A model generated the notes under the pieces. That model ran no database searches, had not been told where the DNA came from, and saw nothing but the letters and a program-made list of their open reading frames with translations. A DNA stretch of 64,000 bases, taken from the NCBI GenBank assembly GCA_963664195.1, contig OY760907.1, positions 480,001 to 544,000 of the forward strand, read 5' to 3'. A program made the translations under genes and the position numbers. Of this stretch, positions 1 through 8,567 are shown one piece after another. Origin of the DNA: an uncultured candidate division Zixibacteria bacterium (GTDB lineage: Bacteria; Zixibacteria; MSB-5A5; GN15; FEB-12). The first letter of the stretch is position 1. Each line of letters opens with the position of its first letter.

Positions 1-384
1 TGCCAGTACATCTGCCCCAACGACTTGATGGTCCTCAACAAGGACAAAATGAAGGCCACTAACCAGGCCCCCGATATGTGCTGGGAATGCATGTGTTGTG
101 TCAAAATCTGCCCGGTGCAGGCAATTGAAGTTCGCGGTTACGCTGACTTCGTGCCGCTTGGCGCCGCAGTCACCCCGATGCGCTCCTCTGACTCCATTAT
201 GTGGACTGTAAAGTTCCGTAACGGTCAGCTCAAGCGCTTCAAGTTCCCGATCCGGACCACTCCGGAGGGTTCAGCAGTTCCCGATGGCGGTTACGAAACC
301 GGCACCGACGATCTCAAGAGCCCTTGGCTGTTCACCGAGCCCGCTTCCAGCAAGTGCGGCGATGACATCCCAAAGGTGAAGTAA
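1..384 (+). CDS. aprB: Adenylylsulfate reductase beta subunit (5'-truncated at window edge)
   Basis: Frame open from base 1 (CQYICPNDLMVL...). Has CWECMCCVKICP ferredoxin motif and IMWTVKFRNG..KRFKFPIRTTPEG AprB signature; directly upstream of aprA. Confidence 0.97.
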   Translation, partial: CQYICPNDLMVLNKDKMKATNQAPDMCWECMCCVKICPVQAIEVRGYADFVPLGAAVTPMRSSDSIMWTVKFRNGQLKRFKFPIRTTPEGSAVPDGGYETGTDDLKSPWLFTEPASSKCGDDIPKVK

Positions 385-402
385 GAAAGGAAGTGTGAGG
401 AT

Positions 403-2271
403 ATGGCGAATTTTGAAACAGTAGAAGTAACCACTGATGTTCTTATACTCGGTGGTGGTATGGCCGCCTGTGGTGCTGCTGTTGAAGCCGCTCACTGGTG
501 CAAAAAGAACAACCTGAAGGTGACTTTGGTTGACAAGGCTGCCATGGATCGCTCTGGTGCGGTTGCCATGGGTCTGTCCGCCATCAACCAGTACGTTGAC
601 GTCAACACTGGTTCCAACACCATTCAGGACTATGTTGACTACGTCCGCAACGATCTCATGGGCATCTGCCGTGAAGACCAGGTTGCGAACATCGCCCGTC
701 ACGTTGACTCTTCGGTTCACCTGTTTGAAAAATGGGGTCTGCCGATCTGGAAAGACGCCGACGGCAAGTACGTGCACGAAGGTCGCTGGCAGCTCATGAT
801 CAACGGCGAATCCTACAAGATCATCGTTGCTGAAGCCGCCAAGAATGCGATCGGCATGGACAACATCTACGAGCGCGTTTTCATCGTTGAGCCGCTGATG
901 GACGGCGACCGTGTCGCTGGTGCCGTTGGCTTCAGTGTCCGTGAAAACAAGTTCTACGTCTTCAAGGCGAAGGCCGTCCTGGCTTCCATGGGTGGCGCGG
1001 TACACGTATTCCGTCCGCGTTCAACCGGTGAAGGTCTTGGTCGTTCGTGGTACCCGCCGTTTAACTCCGGCGCCTCCACGTATTTCACCCTGAAGGCCGG
1101 TGCGGAAATGACCTGTCAGGAAGTCCGTTTCATCCCGGTCCGCTTCAAAGATGCGTACGGCCCGGTTGGAGCCTGGTTCCTTCTGTTCAAGTCCCGTGCC
1201 ACCAACGGTCAGGGCGAAGCTTACATGCAGACCCGCGCCGAGGAACTTCAGAAGTGGAAACCGTACGGCCTGGTCAAGCCGGTCCCGGCTAACCTGCGTA
1301 ACTGGCTCATGATGCTCGACGTCATGGACGGCAAGGGCCCGATCTACATGCGTACGGAAGAAGCTATCGCGAAGCTGTCCGAACAGGTTCCGGATGAAAA
1401 GGCTCGTAAGAAAAAACTTAAAGAGCTCGAATCCGAAGCCTGGGAAGATTTCCTGGATATGACCATCTCGCAGGCCATCCTCTGGGCTGCCACCAACACC
1501 ATGCCGGAAGAAAAGCCGTCGGAAATCGCCGCTTGTGAACCGTACTTCATCGGTTCTCACTCTGGTGCCTCCGGTGCCTGGGTTTCCGGTCCGGAAGATC
1601 TCGCCCACAAGGATTACTTCTGGGGTTACCCGCAGATGACGACCGTCAAGGGTCTGTTTGCTGCCGGTGATGCTTCTGGTGCCTCCAGTCACAAGTTCTC
1701 CTCCGGCTCCCATGCTGAGGGAAGAATTGCGGCAAAGGGCTGTGCGCTGTACTGCGTAGAGAATACCGATCAGCCGAAGGTTGACATGGCTGAAGTTGAA
1801 AAGCTCAAAGAGACCATCCTTAAGCCGTTGGCTCTCTTCGAAGAGCACAAGAACTTCTCCACGGATGAAACAGTCAACCCGAACTACATTCGTCCGGACC
1901 AGTTCATGTTCCGTCTGCAGAAGATCATGGATGAGTACGCCGGCGGCGTCTCAACCAGCTTCACCACCAACAAGCAGCTTCTTGAGAAGGGCCTGGAACT
2001 CCTGGCCATGCTCGGAGAAGACGCTCCGTCGCTTGGTGCTCAGAATCTGCACGAACTGATGCGCTGTTGGGAGAATGTCCACCGCATGTGGCAGGCTCAA
2101 TCCCACGTCCGCACTATCCTGTTCCGCGAGGAAACTCGCTGGCCGGGTTACTACTACCGTGCTGACCTTCCGACCATGAACGAAGACTGGGAATGCTTTG
2201 CCAACTGTAAGTGGGATCGCAGCTCCGGTGAATGGGAAATGCTGAAGCGCCCGATGCATCGCGTCTACTAA
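403..2271 (+). CDS. aprA: Adenylylsulfate reductase alpha subunit (FAD)
   Basis: GGGMAACG FAD-binding start, RSGAVAMGLSAIN, GRWQLMINGESYK, HKFSSGSHAEGRI and ETRWPGYYYRAD motifs; 622 aa. Confidence 0.98.
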   Translation: MANFETVEVTTDVLILGGGMAACGAAVEAAHWCKKNNLKVTLVDKAAMDRSGAVAMGLSAINQYVDVNTGSNTIQDYVDYVRNDLMGICREDQVANIARHVDSSVHLFEKWGLPIWKDADGKYVHEGRWQLMINGESYKIIVAEAAKNAIGMDNIYERVFIVEPLMDGDRVAGAVGFSVRENKFYVFKAKAVLASMGGAVHVFRPRSTGEGLGRSWYPPFNSGASTYFTLKAGAEMTCQEVRFIPVRFKDAYGPVGAWFLLFKSRATNGQGEAYMQTRAEELQKWKPYGLVKPVPANLRNWLMMLDVMDGKGPIYMRTEEAIAKLSEQVPDEKARKKKLKELESEAWEDFLDMTISQAILWAATNTMPEEKPSEIAACEPYFIGSHSGASGAWVSGPEDLAHKDYFWGYPQMTTVKGLFAAGDASGASSHKFSSGSHAEGRIAAKGCALYCVENTDQPKVDMAEVEKLKETILKPLALFEEHKNFSTDETVNPNYIRPDQFMFRLQKIMDEYAGGVSTSFTTNKQLLEKGLELLAMLGEDAPSLGAQNLHELMRCWENVHRMWQAQSHVRTILFREETRWPGYYYRADLPTMNEDWECFANCKWDRSSGEWEMLKRPMHRVY

Positions 2272-2312
2272 TCGTAGTCGACGGCGATGAATGATCGCTT
2301 CTGACAATACCA

Positions 2313-2348
2313 GGCTCTCCGGCCCCAAGGGTCGGAGAGCCGTTTTTT
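2313..2348 (+). terminator. Intrinsic terminator after aprA
   Basis: GGCTCTCCGGCCC-caa-GGGTCGGAGAGCC hairpin followed by GTTTTTT. Confidence 0.85.
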
Positions 2349-2434
2349 CGATAATTATCGGAGAAACTGATGCTGTCACTCGTCACCATGACACCTGACG
2401 GCATTTCGACAAAAGGGGCAAATCTCTTTTCGGG

Positions 2435-2462
2435 TTGACAGATCAGATGTATTACGTATTAT
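2435..2462 (+). promoter_or_regulatory. Putative sigma70 promoter for the Zn-finger/YkgJ pair
   Basis: TTGACA-16 bp-TATTAT about 50 bp upstream of the GTG at 2512. Confidence 0.5.
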
Positions 2463-2511
2463 TCCCGAACGTTGACTAGTCCAGTGGACCTTTAAGAACG
2501 GATATGTTCAA

Positions 2512-2784
2512 GTGACTGAGGAAAAAGACAAAACAATGTGCCCGCACTGCGGGGTCAAGATGCTCAAATGGTTGCCTCCTGACGATTCATCCTGGGATCG
2601 CGTTTACCAGTATGTCTGCTTCAATGATGAGTGCCAATACTATGTCAAGGGTTGGGCGCACATGAAGGAGAATTACGAGCAGCAAGCCTCTTACCGCCAC
2701 CGGTATGATCCTCACACCGGCGATAGCGGTCCCCTGCCAACCTGGTCTGCGGAGGCACACCGGGATCGCATCATCGAAGAATAA
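2512..2784 (+). CDS. Small zinc-finger protein (Ogr/Delta-like family seen beside sat/apr genes of sulfate reducers)
   Basis: CPHCG...[11 protein letters not shown]..GW...SYR.RY.P..G...PLP.WS pattern; 90 aa. Confidence 0.75.
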   Translation: MTEEKDKTMCPHCGVKMLKWLPPDDSSWDRVYQYVCFNDECQYYVKGWAHMKENYEQQASYRHRYDPHTGDSGPLPTWSAEAHRDRIIEE

Positions 2785-2796
2785 GGACAAAGAGTA

Positions 2797-3639
2797 ATGA
2801 AAGAAGTGGAGAAGCTGAAGGAAGAGATCCTCAGGGACTATCCCCGGCTCAATTTGGACAGCGCGTTTGACTTCGCCTGTCACCCCGGCGTGCCTTGCTT
2901 CAACAAGTGCTGCGCCGACGTTAATATCTTCCTGACGCCTTACGACATCATCCGGCTGAAGAATCGCCTCGGTATAACCTCTGGCGAATTCCTGCAAAAG
3001 TACACGATCGCCCCCTTCGATGAGAAGCTCAAGTACCCGGTAATCCTGTTCATGATGTCCGAAGACGATAAAAAGGCCTGCCAGTTTGTGGGACCACAGG
3101 GTTGTACCGTTTATGAGGATCGGCCGTGGGCCTGCCGCATGTATCCTCTGGGCATGGCCTCCCCCGGTGAAGGCAGCAGTGAGCTGGACGAGGAATTCTA
3201 TTTCCTCCTCAAAGAAGGCGTCTGCAAGGGCTTCAAAGAAGACAAAAAACAGACGGTAGCGGGCTGGATCAAGGATCAGGGAATCGAAGAGTATGACAAG
3301 ATGGGTGAGAACTGGAAAAACCTCACCACCCATCCTTTCTTCCAGCAGGAAAACGCAACGCTCACGCCTCCGAAAGTGGAGATGTTTTTCACCGTCTGTT
3401 ACAACATAGACAAGTTCCGTGATTTCGTTTTTGGCAGCACTTTCCTCGACAAGTTCGAGATTGATGAAAAGACCGTCGCTGCGATCAAGGAAGACGATGT
3501 CGCCCTGCTGAATTTCGGTTACACCTGGCTTCGTTTTGCCCTGTTTGGCGAGAAGACAATCCCGGTGAAATCGGATGTTCTCGACGCCAAGAAGGCCCAG
3601 ATGGACAAAGAGTCCAAAGAGAAAAAAGCGGACGAGTAG
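2797..3639 (+). CDS. YkgJ-family (UPF0153) cysteine-cluster protein
   Basis: FACHPGVPCFNKCC and C.F....C.VYEDRPWACRMYP motifs; 12 bp after the Zn-finger gene. Confidence 0.85.
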   Translation: MKEVEKLKEEILRDYPRLNLDSAFDFACHPGVPCFNKCCADVNIFLTPYDIIRLKNRLGITSGEFLQKYTIAPFDEKLKYPVILFMMSEDDKKACQFVGPQGCTVYEDRPWACRMYPLGMASPGEGSSELDEEFYFLLKEGVCKGFKEDKKQTVAGWIKDQGIEEYDKMGENWKNLTTHPFFQQENATLTPPKVEMFFTVCYNIDKFRDFVFGSTFLDKFEIDEKTVAAIKEDDVALLNFGYTWLRFALFGEKTIPVKSDVLDAKKAQMDKESKEKKADE

Positions 3640-3707
3640 CCTATATCTTTCGGACTGTCGGTAGGCCTGTCGAGGCTTCTCGGCGGTTGGCTTCCGATCT
3701 CAAAATG

Positions 3708-3745
3708 AAACGCCGGAGGTCTCAAAACGAGCTTTCGGCGTTTTT
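3708..3745 (+). terminator. Intrinsic terminator
   Basis: AAACGCCGGAGG...CTTTCGGCGTTTTT stem-loop with T tail. Confidence 0.7.
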
Positions 3746-4042
3746 CTTGTGTCTCCCCCAGCCTGCCTTTCGCAGGGCTTCCACATCAAGACCTGACCGT
3801 GACGACCGTTCTTGTACTTTTTAAGACTTCCAATTCAAGAGCACACCGACCACGCGACGCACGCGCGGCCATAACGCCTTACAAATTGGCCTCTTACAGG
3901 CATCACAGGCGACTTATGCGACCCATAATATCCTTTCGTCCAGTGGATTCGGCCCTCTCCCTCGAACAGCTCGGGACGGAAACGAATGTCAACACGGTAT
4001 TACTTTTTTCGAGAGAAGCTGCATTTTGGGGGACGTTCTTGC

Positions 4043-4071
4043 TTGACTGGAAAGTGTAGCTTTCATATACT
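4043..4071 (+). promoter_or_regulatory. Sigma70 promoter with an inverted repeat in the spacer
   Basis: TTGACT-17 bp-TATACT; spacer contains GAAAG-N5-CTTTC (4050-4064). Confidence 0.65.
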
Positions 4072-4106
4072 GTAGAATCAACAATTTCTGTGTTTTGAGG
4101 TGTTGA

Positions 4107-4625
4107 ATGGCCGGTTCTAACGACAATGTTAGAGAAAAGTTTCACAAGCTCACCAATAGTCCCAAGTCGGTGAACGGGGACGAGCGGACGACTGATTGGG
4201 AAGCCGTGATTTCTATTGGTACAGCGGCAAAGATAGTCAACCTGTCGGTTTCGGCACTGCGCAAGTATGAGAAGGAAGGGCTGCTGATCTTTCATCGTTC
4301 TGAATCGGGGCGGCGTCTCCTTTGTCGTGCGGACATCAAACGCATTGAGATGATAAAGCACATGATCGGCGACATCGGGCTTAATCTGGAAGGTATCCGT
4401 CGTCTGCTGGCCCTTCTCCCCTGCTGGGATCTTCGGCTTTGTCCCAAGAAAGAGCAGAAGAAGTGCGAGGCCATAAGTAACAACGTGAAACCGTGCTGGA
4501 TGATAGAGTCAACCTGGTGTCGCCGGCAGGAATTGGACTGCAGGCAATGTGAAGTATATCGCTACGGTGCATATTGCGCGGTGACGATGAAGCTGCTCCT
4601 GCGTCATACTGACAATAAGGGTTAA
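4107..4625 (+). CDS. MerR-family transcriptional regulator with Cys-rich (two-CW-like) C-terminal domain
   Basis: ISIGTAAKIVNLSVSALRKYEKEGLL...R...GRRL MerR HTH; C-terminus PCWDLRLC...C...PCW...C...CRQCEVY. The start could be a later GTG. Confidence 0.85.
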   Translation: MAGSNDNVREKFHKLTNSPKSVNGDERTTDWEAVISIGTAAKIVNLSVSALRKYEKEGLLIFHRSESGRRLLCRADIKRIEMIKHMIGDIGLNLEGIRRLLALLPCWDLRLCPKKEQKKCEAISNNVKPCWMIESTWCRRQELDCRQCEVYRYGAYCAVTMKLLLRHTDNKG

Positions 4626-4673
4626 TTGATATTAGAAGGGCGATGTCTTTTGGAGCATCGCATGGAGGATTGA

Positions 4674-5609
4674 ATGGGCGGACTGCAACTGCTGTTTTAT
4701 GTCTCGATCCTGGTATTCGTCATTGGGACGGCCTACAAGGCGATCCAAATGTCGAGAATGCCCCTGCACTTGCGCTGGGACCTCTACCCCATCCCGCATG
4801 AAAAGGGGAAGGGACATTACGGAGGATCGTATTACGAGGAAGTGGACTGGTGGACGAAACCGGCTGAGGTCTCCATATCGGGCGAGCTGTCCGAGATGGG
4901 CAAGGAGATTTTCTTCATCCAGTCGATGTACCACAACAACAAGCCAATGTGGGTGTTCTCATTCCCGTTCCATTTCGGACTGTATTTGTCGATCGGGTTC
5001 GTAGTGTTGGCATACACCGGCGCGGTTCTGGGGTTGGTTGACATTCCGGTCACTGCGGAATCGGGCAACATTCTTGCCAAGGCTGTGTATTACCTAACCC
5101 CCATATTCGGCGTTACAGGAGCCGCCATGGGAGCGTTTGGTGCTCTGGGGCTGTTTTTTAGCCGCATATTCAAGTATGATCTGCGAGCAACCTCGGTCTG
5201 GTCTGACTATTTCAACGTGTTGCTGATCGCGGCCGTGTTTATTACAACAATATGGAGCTGGGTCTCTTTTGACGGCAGCTTTGACTCTGCACGTGCCTTT
5301 GCGACCAGTGTCCTGACGTTCTCCGGTACGGAGGGCATGCCGACCCTGGGGATCGTCCACTACTCTCTGGCATCAGTATTCATGCTCTGGCTTCCCTTCA
5401 CCCACATGACGCATTTCGTGGGGAAGTATTTTACGTATCACAAAGTGAAATGGGAAGATCACCCGAACAAATCGGGCAGCGGTATGGAGCAGGAAGTAAT
5501 GAAAACCCTCGGCAACAAGATAACCTGGTCAGCCCCCCACATCAAGTCCGGCGGTTCCTGGGCGGATGCGGCGACAGCCAGCGATGACGAGGAGGACAAC
5601 AAGAAATGA
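4674..5609 (+). CDS. dsrM: DsrM-like (NarI family) membrane b-type cytochrome
   Basis: LRWDLYPIPHE, WVFSFPFHFGLY and WLPFTHMTHF heme-ligand segments; several TM helices; overlaps the dsrK-like gene by ATGA. Confidence 0.8.
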   Translation: MGGLQLLFYVSILVFVIGTAYKAIQMSRMPLHLRWDLYPIPHEKGKGHYGGSYYEEVDWWTKPAEVSISGELSEMGKEIFFIQSMYHNNKPMWVFSFPFHFGLYLSIGFVVLAYTGAVLGLVDIPVTAESGNILAKAVYYLTPIFGVTGAAMGAFGALGLFFSRIFKYDLRATSVWSDYFNVLLIAAVFITTIWSWVSFDGSFDSARAFATSVLTFSGTEGMPTLGIVHYSLASVFMLWLPFTHMTHFVGKYFTYHKVKWEDHPNKSGSGMEQEVMKTLGNKITWSAPHIKSGGSWADAATASDDEEDNKK

Positions 5610-7219
5610 GTGAGCAAAAGGTCACGATAAAAGATTTTTGCAGCAAGACAGGTCAGTTGGTCAAGCTTGACGCAAAGGATTTCCTGCCGTTGCCTCCCCC
5701 CTACGACACGCTGGAATTCCAACCGAAAATTACGGAGCTTTCAGATGACCAGAAGAAGAAGTACGAAAGCGACCTTGACGGCGTAACCGGCTACAAATTT
5801 CCGCGCCCGGAGACGGAAGAAGAGAAACGTGAGTTGGTCGAGAAGTTTCTTTCCGGTCTGGCCAAGCTCTACGACAAAGAAAACAACTGGGCGTTCGCTC
5901 AGCCGCTTCTGCTGACGATGGAGTACTGCGCCAAGTGCCAGACATGTTCATCGGCCTGTCCGATCTACAACGAGTCTGGCGGGATGGACATCTATCGCCC
6001 GACGTTTCGCGCGGATATTCTTCGTCGTCTGTATCGCAAGTACGTCAAGACCGGCGGTAAGCTGATTTCGAAGATTTCCGGCAACGATATTGATGCTTCC
6101 TGGACAATGATTGCCCGACTGATGGAGCTTTCATACCGTTGCACGATCTGCCGTCGCTGCGCACAGACCTGTCCGATCGGCGTTGATAACGGTCTCGTAA
6201 CACGAGAACTTCGTAAGATTTTCTCGATGGAAATGGGGATCACCGTTTCACCGCTGCACACCAAGGGCTCTGTCCAGCAACTGGAGACCGGTTCGTCCAC
6301 AGGTATGACGCCGGTTGCGTTTTTGGACAATATCGAATTCCTCGAAGAGGAAGTCGAAGAGCGCACCGGAATGAACTTCAAATGGCCGATGGACAAGGCG
6401 GGCGCTGACGTCCTGCTGATTCACAACGCCGGTGAGTATCTGGCCTGGCCGGAGAATCCGGAAGCGTTTGCGATCATTCTGGAGGCAGCCGGAGTCAATT
6501 ACACTCTGTCGAGTGACATCATCGGTTACGACAGCGTAAACTACGGTGTCTGGTACGACGACGTGCAGTTTGCCAAGGTGGCATTGAAACACGTTGAGGC
6601 AGCCAAGAAACTTGGTGTCAAGAAGATCGTGCTTGGTGAGTGCGGCCATGCCCACAAGGCGATGACCGTAATTGCTGACCGTGTTTACGCCGGCGAGTTG
6701 AACATACCGCGTGAGAGCTCGCTGACATTCCTCAACCAGATCATCAAAGAAGGTCGCCTGAAACTTGATCCTGCTCGTAACGACGATATCTACACTACGA
6801 TGCACGACCCGTGCAACCTGGTGCGTCTGATGGGAATCGTCAAACCGCAGAGAGAAATCCTCAGGGCGGTCTGCAACCACTTTGATGAGATGGCTCCCAA
6901 CGGCGTGCACAACTACTGCTGCGGCGGCGGGTCAGGCTTCGCCATTACCCAGGACTTGAACTTTCCGGATTGGCGGCACCTGATTTCCGGTCGCACGAAG
7001 CTGCGGCAGATACTGGATGTCTTCTCCGACAAGCTTGATCCGGAAATCAAGAAGTACGTCTGTGCTCCTTGTTCGAATTGTAAGGGCTCCATGCGGGACA
7101 TGTTCGAAGCCTACGGTCTGTTTGATCGATGCAATATCCTGTATGGTGGTCTCGTGGAATTGATAGTCAACGCCATGACCGATGTGCGCGAGGGCTTCCT
7201 TGAATGGGAATGGCACTAA
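5606..7219 (+). CDS. dsrK: DsrK-like (HdrD family) Fe-S/CCG-domain oxidoreductase
   Basis: Two CxxCxxCxxxCP motifs (CAKCQTCSSACP, CTICRRCAQTCP), GECGHAHK, and HDPCN...CCGGGSG...CSNC CCG domain. Confidence 0.82.
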   Translation: MSEQKVTIKDFCSKTGQLVKLDAKDFLPLPPPYDTLEFQPKITELSDDQKKKYESDLDGVTGYKFPRPETEEEKRELVEKFLSGLAKLYDKENNWAFAQPLLLTMEYCAKCQTCSSACPIYNESGGMDIYRPTFRADILRRLYRKYVKTGGKLISKISGNDIDASWTMIARLMELSYRCTICRRCAQTCPIGVDNGLVTRELRKIFSMEMGITVSPLHTKGSVQQLETGSSTGMTPVAFLDNIEFLEEEVEERTGMNFKWPMDKAGADVLLIHNAGEYLAWPENPEAFAIILEAAGVNYTLSSDIIGYDSVNYGVWYDDVQFAKVALKHVEAAKKLGVKKIVLGECGHAHKAMTVIADRVYAGELNIPRESSLTFLNQIIKEGRLKLDPARNDDIYTTMHDPCNLVRLMGIVKPQREILRAVCNHFDEMAPNGVHNYCCGGGSGFAITQDLNFPDWRHLISGRTKLRQILDVFSDKLDPEIKKYVCAPCSNCKGSMRDMFEAYGLFDRCNILYGGLVELIVNAMTDVREGFLEWEWH

Positions 7220-7237
7220 TAGATGCGAGGTGATTTC

Positions 7238-7612
7238 ATGGCTAAGAAGATACTTATAGTTGACGACGAAAGCGATCCCAGAACGTACCTTCAGACCCTC
7301 TTTGAAGAAAACGGTTATGACACTGTTCTGGCGACCGATGGCGACGAAGCCCAGGTGATTGTGAAGGAAGCTGCTCCTGACCTGATTACTCTGGATATCA
7401 TAATGGAGCGCGAGACCGGTACCAAGTTCTACCGTTGGTTGTGCAAGGACCCGGAATTGTCAAAAATCCCCGTGATCTTTTGCAGCGGCGTAACCAGGTA
7501 CAAGGAGCTTTTCTCTCGTGATTACGCGACAATGCCCAAACCGCTGGCATTCTGCGAGAAGCCGATTGATCAGAATATGCTACTCGCGAAAGTCAGGGAG
7601 GCCATAGGGTAG
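7238..7612 (+). CDS. Single-domain response regulator (resembles the DVU0259/DivK-like family of sulfate reducers)
   Basis: KKILIVDDE...PDLITLDIIM...KP receiver motifs; GAGGTGA RBS before ATG 7238. Confidence 0.88.
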   Translation: MAKKILIVDDESDPRTYLQTLFEENGYDTVLATDGDEAQVIVKEAAPDLITLDIIMERETGTKFYRWLCKDPELSKIPVIFCSGVTRYKELFSRDYATMPKPLAFCEKPIDQNMLLAKVREAIG

Positions 7613-7652
7613 CGGCTCCACTTCTGCTCAAAATCGGGCACCCTTTGTTTTT

Positions 7653-7696
7653 GAGACCGGCGGACGGCATCATGTTTTCTGCCGGTCTCTTGTTTT
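7653..7696 (+). terminator. Probable intrinsic terminator
   Basis: GAGACCGGCGGA...TCTGCCGGTCTC stem followed by TTGTTTT. Confidence 0.6.
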
Positions 7697-7860
7697 GTGC
7701 CCTTGATTTCGGCCAAAAGCCACCGTTCTCCCCCACATCTCTTCTCCGGTATTCACCGATACCAAACAACGCCGGTCTCATAATTCATGTTGACAAACGA
7801 AGGCTCACTGTGCAGTATTTGTGTAGCAAAGAGACTTCGACAAGAGGGATGGGCACTCCT

Positions 7861-8475
7861 ATGGTTAAGCAGAAGGCTGATAGAAGTATCAACATACTCG
7901 TAGTTGATGACGACGTCGATGTTTGTCAATACCTTCAATCGTTTTTGACGAGCCACAATTTCACCGTTGAATACCTGACCGATCCCGTTCAGCTAATGCC
8001 TAAATTGAAGGAATCAATGTTCCAGATCATCATTCTGGACCTGGTGATGCCTTCGGTGAGTGGTCTTGAACTGTTGAAAGACATCCGCAAGTTTGACAAG
8101 GACATCTGTGTCATTATGTTGTCGGGATACCCGACGTTTGACCGGGCAGTGGAGGCATTTCGCTCCGAGGTCTTTGACTTCCTCACCAAACCGTTTGAGA
8201 ACGAAGAGCTCCTGGCGATTTTGGAGCGAGTTATCAAGAAATACGGTCTGCAGAGTGATCTCAACCAGAAGGCAGTAGATCAGATAGCCTCGGAGATTCG
8301 CCGCCTGCGCACGGACCAGAAGCTCAGTCTCAGGCAACTGGCGAGCCGGACCGGCCTGTCCCCCAGCCTCATTTACCAGATAGAACACGCCCACACCGCC
8401 CCGTCTCTGGCCACGGTCTCCCGTCTGGCGACAGCCCTGAACACTCCGCTGGAAGATCTCTTCAAAGGGCTGTAA
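7861..8475 (+). CDS. Response regulator with C-terminal XRE (HTH_3) DNA-binding domain
   Basis: ILVVDDD...LDLVMP...FLTKPF receiver followed by IRRLRTDQKLSLRQLASRTGLSPSLIYQIE...PSLATV; start uncertain (7849 or 7861). Confidence 0.88.
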   Translation: MVKQKADRSINILVVDDDVDVCQYLQSFLTSHNFTVEYLTDPVQLMPKLKESMFQIIILDLVMPSVSGLELLKDIRKFDKDICVIMLSGYPTFDRAVEAFRSEVFDFLTKPFENEELLAILERVIKKYGLQSDLNQKAVDQIASEIRRLRTDQKLSLRQLASRTGLSPSLIYQIEHAHTAPSLATVSRLATALNTPLEDLFKGL

Positions 8476-8567
8476 TTCTTGTTCGGCAATGAGTCGTTGA
8501 TGTAGCTTCCTTACCGGGGGCACGACCCGGCATTGCCGGGACCTTACATTCGCATTAGGAATACGAC

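Noticed and set aside
271..2404. Long antisense ORFs opposite aprA, and similar ones opposite secA, lon and GH57
   Set aside because: Shadow ORFs from codon bias opposite well-supported genes.
3746..4040. Riboswitch or ncRNA in the long intergenic region (also 24632-24950 and 34737-34939)
   Set aside because: No recognisable conserved motif by eye; an Rfam/Infernal scan would be needed.
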